DNA of 64,000 nt, from the NCBI GenBank assembly GCA_905210485.1, contig CAJLXA010000002.1:4168-68167 (forward strand), read 5' to 3'. The notes under the pieces were generated by a model. The model ran no database searches. It had not been told where the DNA came from and saw only the letters and a program-made list of their open reading frames with translations. The first letter of the stretch is position 1. The number at the start of each line of letters is the position of its first letter. The translations under genes were made by a program, and so were the position numbers. The DNA is from an uncultured Eubacteriales bacterium (GTDB lineage: Bacteria; Bacillota; Clostridia; Oscillospirales; CAG-272). Below, in pieces: positions 54,660-61,854 of this stretch.

Positions 54660-55664
54660 TCAGCCGCGCGGCACAAATCCGATCTTTTTCTGTACTTTGC
54701 GGAGAGTCTTTTCCGCATAATAGCGCGCCTCTTCCGCCCCTTTTTTCATGACGTTTTCCAGATAAGCCTTGTCGGCAATCAGACGGCTGAATTCCTGCTG
54801 CACGGGCATGAGAACATCGGCGCAGGCTTCCCCGACCGCCGTTTTGAAGTCGCCGTAACCGCGGCCGGCAAATTCCTCTTCGATTGCGGAAAACGAAGCG
54901 CCGGTCACAGCGGCATAGATCGTCATCAGATTGGATACGCCCGGTTTTTCCGCGGGATCGTAACGGACCTCACTGCCGCTGTCGGTAACCGCGCGGCGGA
55001 ATTTACGGATAATATCGTCTTTTCCGTCGAGGATATACACCACCGCATTCTGATTTTCGTCCGACTTCGACATTTTCGACGCGGGATCGGCGAGAGACGC
55101 GATTTTGGCGCCGTTTTTCGGCATATAACACTCCGGCACCGTAAACGTATCGCTGTAAAGATGATTGAAGCGTTCGGCAATGTTGCGCGTCAGTTCCAGA
55201 TGCTGTTTCTGATCGACGCCGACAGGTACAAGGTCGGTCTGATACAAAAGAATATCCGCCACCATCAGCACGGGATATGTGAAAAGCCCCGCATTGATAT
55301 TGTCGGCGTGCGCCAGAGACTTCGCCTTGAACTGCGTCATGCGTTCCAGTTCTCCGAACATGGAGAAGCAGTTGAGAATCCATGAAAGTTCGGCGTGCGC
55401 GGGGACATGCGACTGCACAAACAAAGTGTTTTTCTCCGCGTTAAGGCCGCAGGCCATATACAATGCCAGCGTTTCATAGGTGCGGCGCCGCAGGTCGGCA
55501 GGGTTCTGACGCACGGTGATGGCATGCTCGTCCACCACACAGTAAAAGCACTTGTATTCATCCGAAAACGCGGAGAAATTGCGAAGAGCGCCGAGATAGT
55601 TGCCGATCGTCAGATTTCCCGAAGGCTGAACGCCCGAAAACACTACTTTTTTATCGTTCAACAT
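54660..55664 (-). CDS. trpS: tryptophan--tRNA ligase
   Basis: SGVQPSGNLTIGNYLGA (HIGH-region equivalent) and KMSKS. Confidence 0.95.
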   Translation of the reverse strand: MLNDKKVVFSGVQPSGNLTIGNYLGALRNFSAFSDEYKCFYCVVDEHAITVRQNPADLRRRTYETLALYMACGLNAEKNTLFVQSHVPAHAELSWILNCFSMFGELERMTQFKAKSLAHADNINAGLFTYPVLMVADILLYQTDLVPVGVDQKQHLELTRNIAERFNHLYSDTFTVPECYMPKNGAKIASLADPASKMSKSDENQNAVVYILDGKDDIIRKFRRAVTDSGSEVRYDPAEKPGVSNLMTIYAAVTGASFSAIEEEFAGRGYGDFKTAVGEACADVLMPVQQEFSRLIADKAYLENVMKKGAEEARYYAEKTLRKVQKKIGFVPRG

Positions 55665-55737
55665 GGAAGTTTCCTCTTTCGTATTTTGACCGAAACCGCG
55701 CCGAATATGTATTGCGGCACGCCGTCATTCTGATTTT

Positions 55738-55766
55738 TTCCAGTATAGCACACTTTTTCCGTGAAA
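55738..55766 (-). promoter_or_regulatory. sigma-A type promoter of trpS
   Basis: On the minus strand: TTGATT (55761-55766), 17 nt, TATACT (55738-55743). Leaves only a ~70-nt leader. Confidence 0.6.
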
Positions 55767-55828
55767 TCAAGAGCAAAATTCCCGCGGCGGCAGATATTTA
55801 CTCTTCTTATAAATAAAATTTTAACAAA

Positions 55829-55862
55829 AGCACTTTACAAGCGCGAAGAAAAGTGCTAAAAT
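55829..55862 (+). promoter_or_regulatory. sigma-A type promoter of the PFOR gene, embraced by an 8-bp inverted repeat
   Basis: TTTACA (55834-55839), 17 nt, TAAAAT (55857-55862). AGCACTTT (55829-55836) and AAAGTGCT (55850-55857) are reverse complements. Confidence 0.6.
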
Positions 55863-55937
55863 AGAAATTAATGCGGACAGGATTCGCATACTTTCGACGC
55901 TCTCTCTAAAATTTTATATAAAAACGGAGGAAAAACA

Positions 55938-58900
55938 ATGTCCAGAAAGAAAATTTCTATGGACGGTAACACTGCTGCGGCACACGTATCTTATGCGTTT
56001 ACCGAAGTAGCTGCTATCTACCCGATCACCCCGTCCAGTCCTATGGCGGAAGTGACCGACACATGGTCTGCCACAAACAAAAACATCTTCGGCGAACCTG
56101 CAAAGAACATCTTCGGCGAAAATGTCAAAGTTGTGGAAATGCAGTCCGAAGCCGGTGCCGCCGGTGCCGTTCACGGCTCTCTCGCTTCCGGCGCGCTCAC
56201 GACTACATACACCGCTTCTCAGGGTCTTCTCCTGATGATCCCGAATATGTATAAGATCGCCGGCGAACTTCTTCCCTGCGTCATTCACGTTTCCGCCCGT
56301 TGCGTTGCTTCGCACGCGCTGAATATTTTCGGCGATCACTCCGACGTTTATGCCTGCCGTCAGACCGGTTTCGCCATGCTGGCGGAAACCAACGCGCAGG
56401 AAATCATGGACCTCGGCGCCGTCGCTCACCTTTCCACCATCAAGGGCCGCGTTCCTTTCATTAACTTCTTCGACGGTTTCCGTACTTCGCACGAAATCCA
56501 GAAAGTCGAAGCGTGGGATTACAAGGATCTTGCCGAAATGGTGGACATGGATGCCGTTCAGGCTTTCCGTCACCGTGCGCTGAACCCCGAATTCCCCGTT
56601 CTCCGCGGCTCCGCCGAAAACGGCGATATCTTCTTCCAGCACAGAGAAGCCTGCAACAAGTACTACGACGCGCTTCCCGCCATCGTGGAAGAATACATGG
56701 ATAAAGTCAATAAGAAACTCGGCACAAACTACGGCCTCTTCAACTACTACGGCGCTCCCGACGCCGACCGCGTCATGGTGGCCATGGGCTCAATCTGCGA
56801 CTGCGCGGAAGAAGTCATCGACTATCTCACCGCAAAAGGCGAAAAAGTCGGTCTTGTCAAAGTCCGTCTCTACCGTCCGTTTGTTGCTGAAAAATTCGTT
56901 GCGGCTCTGCCGAAGACCGTCAAGAAGATCGCCGTCCTCGACCGCACGAAAGAACCCGGCGCACTGGGCGAACCGCTTTACCTTGACGTTGTTGCCGCTC
57001 TCGAACGCACGGGCGTATCGGTTCCCGTTGTCGGCGGCCGCTACGGTCTCGGTTCCAAGGACGTCAACCCCGCCTGCATTTTCGCTATCTTCAATAACCT
57101 TGCCGCAAAGACGCCGAAGAACAACTTCACCGTCGGCATCGTCGACGATGTGACCGGCTCTTCTCTCGAAGAAACCGCTGTTCCCGATACGGCTCCCGCC
57201 GGCACGATTTCCTGCAAATTCTGGGGTCTCGGCGGCGACGGTACTGTCGGTGCCAATAAGAACTCCATCAAGATTATCGGCGACCATACCGATAAATTCA
57301 TTCAGGCGTACTTCCAGTACGACTCGAAGAAAACGGGCGGCGTCACGATTTCCCACCTCCGTTTCGGCGACACACCGATCAAATCCACCTACTACATCAC
57401 GAAAGCCGACTTTGTTGCCTGCCATACGCCGTCTTACATGCTGAAAGGCTATAAGATCGTCAACGACGTGAAGCCCGGCGGCACGTTCCTCCTGAACTGC
57501 CAGTGGAGCGACGACGAACTGTCGACGCACCTCTCTGCCGAAACAAAGCAGTATATCGCGAAAAACAACATTAAATTCTATACCGTAAACGCTATTGACA
57601 AAGCCATTGAAATCGGTATGGGCAAACGCACGAACACTATTCTGCAGGCTTCGTTCTTTGCACTGGCGAAGATCATGCCGATTGCGGAAGCCGTCGATTA
57701 CATGAAGTACATGGCGAAGAAGTCCTACCTCAAAAAGGGCGAAGACGTCGTTATGCTGAACTATAAGGCTATCGACGCCGGCGTTGAAGCGCTTCACGAA
57801 GTCAAGGTTCCCGCGGATTGGGCAGACGCCGTAAACAAGAAGGCCGAAGCGCCCCTTACCGGTAACAGAGCCGACCTCGTCGACTTTGTAAAGAACATTG
57901 TCGTTCCCGTCGGCAAAATGCAGGGCGATTCTCTCCCCGTATCCGCCTTTGAAAAATACGTTGACGGTACGTTCCCGCAGGGCGCCGCCGCTTATGAAAA
58001 ACGCGGTGTTGCCGTGGACGTTCCGACATGGATCCCCGAAAACTGCATCCAGTGTAACAACTGCGCCTATGTCTGCCCGCACGCCACGATCCGTCCTTAC
58101 GCGCTGAACGCGGACGAAGTTGCCGCCGCTCCCGAAGGAATGAAATACACCGCCAAGATGATCGGCAAGGGTTGCGAAGGCTATAAGTTCACGATGGCCG
58201 TAAGCCCGCTCGACTGTATGGGCTGTACGCTCTGCGTCAAGGCTTGCCCCGTCAACGCCAAAGCCGCAAAAGACGGCACCGACAAACTCGCCATCAAGAT
58301 GGTACCTCAGGAATCCCAGCTTGCGGAACAGAAAAACTTCGACTACTGCGTCGCAAACGTTTCCGAAAAATCGGATCTGCCGTTTGCCGACACCACCGTG
58401 AAAGGCAGTCAGTTCAAACAGCCGCTTCTTGAGTTCTCCGGCTCCTGCGCAGGCTGTGCCGAAACCTCCTACGCCCGCCTGATTACACAGCTCTTCGGCG
58501 AAAGAATGTATATTTCCAACGCGACCGGCTGTTCTTCCATCTGGGGCGGCTCCGCACCTGCCACGCCGTACACCGTCAACCGTGAAAGCGGCCACGGTCC
58601 CGCGTGGGCGAACTCCCTCTTTGAAGACAACGCCGAACACGGCCTCGGCATCGCCATCGGTCAGAAGACCATCCGCAACAAACTGATCGGTTACGTGAAG
58701 ACCCTGAAAGAAACCGCTCCTGCCGACAAGGTTGCCGTATTTGACAACTACCTCAACACGCTTGACGACGGCAAACAGAACGAGCCGGCCGCCAAGGCGC
58801 TGATCGCCGCTCTTGAAGCCTGCAACTGCCAGGACGACGCGGTGGTGGAACTGAAGAATAAGATTCTTGCCGAAAAACAGTACCTCTCGAAGAAGTCCGT

Positions 58901-59561
58901 CTGGATTTTCGGCGGCGACGGTTGGGCATACGACATCGGCTTCGGCGGCCTTGACCACGTTCTCGCTTCCGGCGAAGACGTCAACGTCATGGTATTCGAC
59001 ACCGAAGTATATTCCAACACCGGCGGTCAGGCGTCGAAGGCTTCCAATATCGGTCAGGTTGCGCAGTTTGCGGCCGCCGGTAAAGCCATCGGCAAAAAGA
59101 ACCTTGCCGAAATCGCTATGACTTACGGCTACGTTTACGTGGCGCAGATCGCCATGGGCGCCGACCCGGCGCAGACCATCAAGGCGCTTGCGGAAGCAGA
59201 AGCCTACCACGGTCCGTCCCTCATCATCGGCTACGCTCCCTGCGAAATGCACTCCATCAAGGGCGGCATGGCAAACTGCCAGCTCGAAATGAAGAAAGCC
59301 GTTGACGCCGGCTACTGGCAGATGTTCCGCTACAACCCGGCTCTGAAAGCCGAAGGCAAGAATCCCTTCACCATGGATTCCAAAGAACCGACCGGCGATT
59401 ATCAGGCATTCCTGAAGAACGAAGCGCGTTATGCCCGTCTTGCACAGGCATTCCCTGAAAGAGCGCAGGAACTCTTCAAAAAAGCGGAAGCATTCGCTAA
59501 GGCAAAGTATGAGAGACTCACCCGCCTTACCGCTCTCTACAACCCCGAAAATAACGACTGA
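55938..59561 (+). CDS. nifJ: pyruvate:ferredoxin (flavodoxin) oxidoreductase
   Basis: 1207-aa single-chain PFOR (DGNTAAAHVSYAFTEVAAIYPITPSS, two CxxCxxCxxxCP ferredoxin motifs, GGDGWAYDIGFGGLDH TPP motif). Confidence 0.95.
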   Translation: MSRKKISMDGNTAAAHVSYAFTEVAAIYPITPSSPMAEVTDTWSATNKNIFGEPAKNIFGENVKVVEMQSEAGAAGAVHGSLASGALTTTYTASQGLLLMIPNMYKIAGELLPCVIHVSARCVASHALNIFGDHSDVYACRQTGFAMLAETNAQEIMDLGAVAHLSTIKGRVPFINFFDGFRTSHEIQKVEAWDYKDLAEMVDMDAVQAFRHRALNPEFPVLRGSAENGDIFFQHREACNKYYDALPAIVEEYMDKVNKKLGTNYGLFNYYGAPDADRVMVAMGSICDCAEEVIDYLTAKGEKVGLVKVRLYRPFVAEKFVAALPKTVKKIAVLDRTKEPGALGEPLYLDVVAALERTGVSVPVVGGRYGLGSKDVNPACIFAIFNNLAAKTPKNNFTVGIVDDVTGSSLEETAVPDTAPAGTISCKFWGLGGDGTVGANKNSIKIIGDHTDKFIQAYFQYDSKKTGGVTISHLRFGDTPIKSTYYITKADFVACHTPSYMLKGYKIVNDVKPGGTFLLNCQWSDDELSTHLSAETKQYIAKNNIKFYTVNAIDKAIEIGMGKRTNTILQASFFALAKIMPIAEAVDYMKYMAKKSYLKKGEDVVMLNYKAIDAGVEALHEVKVPADWADAVNKKAEAPLTGNRADLVDFVKNIVVPVGKMQGDSLPVSAFEKYVDGTFPQGAAAYEKRGVAVDVPTWIPENCIQCNNCAYVCPHATIRPYALNADEVAAAPEGMKYTAKMIGKGCEGYKFTMAVSPLDCMGCTLCVKACPVNAKAAKDGTDKLAIKMVPQESQLAEQKNFDYCVANVSEKSDLPFADTTVKGSQFKQPLLEFSGSCAGCAETSYARLITQLFGERMYISNATGCSSIWGGSAPATPYTVNRESGHGPAWANSLFEDNAEHGLGIAIGQKTIRNKLIGYVKTLKETAPADKVAVFDNYLNTLDDGKQNEPAAKALIAALEACNCQDDAVVELKNKILAEKQYLSKKSVWIFGGDGWAYDIGFGGLDHVLASGEDVNVMVFDTEVYSNTGGQASKASNIGQVAQFAAAGKAIGKKNLAEIAMTYGYVYVAQIAMGADPAQTIKALAEAEAYHGPSLIIGYAPCEMHSIKGGMANCQLEMKKAVDAGYWQMFRYNPALKAEGKNPFTMDSKEPTGDYQAFLKNEARYARLAQAFPERAQELFKKAEAFAKAKYERLTRLTALYNPENND

Positions 59562-59612
59562 TCCGTTTCCCGTATGTCTGTGAAATAAAACTTTTTCACA
59601 GACATACAACAT

Positions 59613-59657
59613 AAAACCGCCGTGCAAATAACATTTGCTCTTTGCACGGCGGTTTTT
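59613..59657. terminator. intrinsic terminator after the PFOR gene
   Basis: 16-bp perfect stem AAAACCGCCGTGCAAA / TTTGCACGGCGGTTTT plus an extra T. Preceded by a 12-bp hairpin at 59574-59605. Confidence 0.8.
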
Positions 59658-59676
59658 ACAGTCCCGGTTATCCGTA

Positions 59677-59709
59677 AAAAAACGGCCTGCTCCACGCACG
59701 CCGTTTTTT
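59677..59709. terminator. probable weak terminator after the rubrerythrin gene
   Basis: AAAAAACGGC / GCCGTTTTTT stem with a 13-nt loop and a short GC core, 19 nt from the rbr stop. Confidence 0.45.
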
Positions 59710-59727
59710 ATTTGTCCTGCTATATGC

Positions 59728-60273
59728 TTATTTAAAATATCTGTCAAGAAGTCCCTGGAACGCTCTGCCGTGACGGGCCTCGTCCTTCGCCATCTCATGA
59801 ACCGTATCGTGAATGGCGTCAAGGTTATGCTGTTTTGCCAGTTTTGCAAGATCGAACTTGCCGGCACAAGCGCCGTTTTCGGCGGCCACACGCATCTCCA
59901 GATTCTTCTTGGTCGAAGCCGAAACCGACTCTCCCAGCATTTCCGCAAATTTAGCGGCATGTTCCGCTTCTTCGTAAGCGGCCTTTTCCCAATACATACC
60001 GATTTCGGGATATCCCTCGCGGAAAGCGACGCGCGCCATCGCAAGATACATACCGACTTCGGAACATTCACCGTTGAAATTTGCGTGGAGTCCTTCCAGA
60101 ACTTCGGCGGGAATATCCTTCACGATACCCACTTCATGCTCGGTTGCATAAGACATGGTCTCTTCGGTTACCTCCACAAATTTTTCGCCGGGTGCCTTGC
60201 AAAGAGGGCAGATGTCAGGGCGAACATCGCTGACAACGATTTCGCCGCATACGGTACATTTCCATTTTTTCAT
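59728..60273 (-). CDS. rbr: reverse rubrerythrin (N-terminal rubredoxin-like domain, C-terminal diiron four-helix bundle)
   Basis: N-terminal CTVCG...CPLC. Ferritin-like ExxH motifs ([18 protein letters not shown]). Confidence 0.9.
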   Translation of the reverse strand: MKKWKCTVCGEIVVSDVRPDICPLCKAPGEKFVEVTEETMSYATEHEVGIVKDIPAEVLEGLHANFNGECSEVGMYLAMARVAFREGYPEIGMYWEKAAYEEAEHAAKFAEMLGESVSASTKKNLEMRVAAENGACAGKFDLAKLAKQHNLDAIHDTVHEMAKDEARHGRAFQGLLDRYFK

Positions 60274-60304
60274 AAGTAGTTTCTCCTTTAATAAATCTTT
60301 ATTT

Positions 60305-60320
60305 GTAAACTATTGTTTAC
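60305..60320. promoter_or_regulatory. 16-bp perfect palindrome between crp-family gene and rubrerythrin gene
   Basis: GTAAAC-TATT-GTTTAC overlapping the crp-family stop codon, about 40 nt upstream of the rbr ATG. Confidence 0.4.
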
Positions 60321-60975
60321 TTTCTATTTGTTTTAATGCACTTTCCGACAAAATTTCCACTGTCCCGTGCGATACACGGATCGCACCGAGTTCCCGGAAT
60401 TTACGCAATATACGCGTAACCACCTCTCGCGCGGATCCGATATAGCGGGCGATCTGTTCATGCGTTAGGTGCAGTTCCCTGCTTTTTGTTTCTTCCGCTT
60501 CCCGAAGCAGAACGTCTGCGATGCGGCTGTCCACACTGCGGAACAAAATATCCTGCATATGCGAGGTAATCGCCGAAAACGTTTCGGATGTCATGCGCAG
60601 AATCTCACATTCGGCCGTACGGTTTTCACGCAATATGCGCGCCATTACCTGCGGCGGAACAATGTCCAACACCGTATCTGTCTCGGCGGAAAAGTACACG
60701 TCCGCGGTCACATGACGTAATATACAAACCGATGACAGCACGCAGGTCATACCGGCGGTGAGGAAGAAAATCGTCGCTTCCCGTCCCTCTTCGGACAAAA
60801 TGGAAACGCCCACTTTGCCGCCCGTCACACGCATCATGCCAAGGCACGGGTCTCCGTGAGAATGAATGAGCGTGCCGCGTTTATAAGATACGGTATACGC
60901 GCTTTCGGAAATATGTCGTTTTTCTTCTTCGGTCAGCGCCTTATAAAACGGAATATCTGTCAGCATCGTTGTCAT
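60310..60975 (-). CDS. Crp/Fnr-family transcriptional regulator
   Basis: cNMP-binding-like N-terminal domain and C-terminal HTH ARYIGSAREVVTRILRKF, with a CRP-like R-E-x-x-x-R recognition helix. Confidence 0.85.
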   Translation of the reverse strand: MTTMLTDIPFYKALTEEEKRHISESAYTVSYKRGTLIHSHGDPCLGMMRVTGGKVGVSILSEEGREATIFFLTAGMTCVLSSVCILRHVTADVYFSAETDTVLDIVPPQVMARILRENRTAECEILRMTSETFSAITSHMQDILFRSVDSRIADVLLREAEETKSRELHLTHEQIARYIGSAREVVTRILRKFRELGAIRVSHGTVEILSESALKQIESKQ

Positions 60976-60988
60976 TCCTTAGCGAATA

Positions 60989-61303
60989 TCACTGAAGAAT
61001 AAAATCGCGCAATGCTTCCTCGTCAAGGTATCCCACCGAACGGGCCGCCGTCTCGCCGTTTTTCAGAAGAACCAGCGTCGGTATGGAACTTACGCCGTAT
61101 CTGGCGGCCAGCGATTCTTCATCATCAACATTTACACGGCAAAAGAGCACCTGATCCGCATATTCTTCTTCCGCCTCTTCAATAAGCGGCGCAAGCATAC
61201 GGCAAGGGCCGCACCAATCGGCATAGAAGTCGATCAGTACCGGCTTCCCGGATTCCTTTACCGTCGTATCGAAATTGTCACTTGTAAGCGTCAGAACAGC
61301 CAT
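60989..61303 (-). CDS. trxA: thioredoxin
   Basis: 104 aa with a WCGPC active site. Confidence 0.95.
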   Translation of the reverse strand: MAVLTLTSDNFDTTVKESGKPVLIDFYADWCGPCRMLAPLIEEAEEEYADQVLFCRVNVDDEESLAARYGVSSIPTLVLLKNGETAARSVGYLDEEALRDFILQ

Positions 61304-61555
61304 ATAAACCTCTCATTCCGAAAGGAATCGCAGCCGAACCCGGCATTAGGTCATTCCTTTCATTTTATTATATAAGCGGGAAAATTTGCTCGCATTGGTT
61401 TTCCATCATCATGTTTCAACGGAAACGGCGGTTTGTGTTACATAAAGCGCAGGGTAACGGCCGTTGCCGACAAAATTTCCGATCCGGTATCGTCTCTGCG
61501 ATATTATATCGTAGGACATTGCCGCCTGTGTCCGATGAATCATAATCTGTAACCG

Positions 61556-61684
61556 TTTTTGCGATAGACATCAAGGAAAGCGGCGACGGTGTGCCGTCGC
61601 TTTGGCGCATGCATGTGCGCCTTGGGATTGCGCACCGCGCAATACCTACGCTTGTATTATACATCATTTCCATGAAATATACAA
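61556..61684 (-). repeat. conserved promoter plus three-hairpin leader element, copy 2
   Basis: On the minus strand: TTGTAT (61679-61684), 17 nt, TATAAT (61656-61661), then ACAAGCG. Hairpins: ATTGCGC-GGT-GCGCAAT (61627-61643), GGCGCA-CATGCA-TGCGCC (61604-61621), GCGACGG-CACA-CCGTCGC (61583-61600). Tail: CGCTTTCCTTGATGTC-TAT-CGCAAAAA. Confidence 0.6.
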
Positions 61685-61783
61685 TATTTTTTCTTGAATT
61701 TACCGCAAACCGGACTTTTTCGGGAGAAAACTTTCCCTGATTTGCTGTTCCGATGTTATTCTATCAGATATTTTTCTCGAAAA

Positions 61784-61826
61784 CTGTGACAATATCACAG
61801 AATGAAAAAGTTTTTTTGTCTATAAT
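61784..61826 (+). promoter_or_regulatory. CRP-type palindrome about 41 bp upstream of the predicted TSS, plus the -10 box of the flavodiiron gene
   Basis: CTGTGACAATATCACAG (61784-61800, 7 of 8 symmetric pairs, TGTGA/TCACA half-sites) and TATAAT at 61821-61826. Confidence 0.55.
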
Positions 61827-61854
61827 GTAATCAACAAAACCACAAAAGGATTCG

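Noticed and set aside
55665-55737. An expected T-box riboswitch upstream of trpS.
   Set aside because: The good promoter at 55738-55766 leaves only a ~70-nt leader. No specifier-loop, T-box (GGTGGTACCGCG-like) or terminator sequence is present.
56790-60071. A 1093-aa ORF on the minus strand opposite the PFOR gene.
   Set aside because: It lies antisense to an unmistakable PFOR coding sequence. It has no recognisable motifs, a low-complexity G/V/R/F-rich composition and no RBS. It also overlaps the rubrerythrin gene out of frame. This is a typical stop-codon-poor shadow frame of a GC-rich gene.
61416-61673. An 85-aa minus-strand ORF in the trxA/FDP intergenic region.
   Set aside because: It has no RBS. 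It overlaps the conserved hairpin element, and its sequence is dictated by those palindromes. It is more likely part of a non-coding leader.
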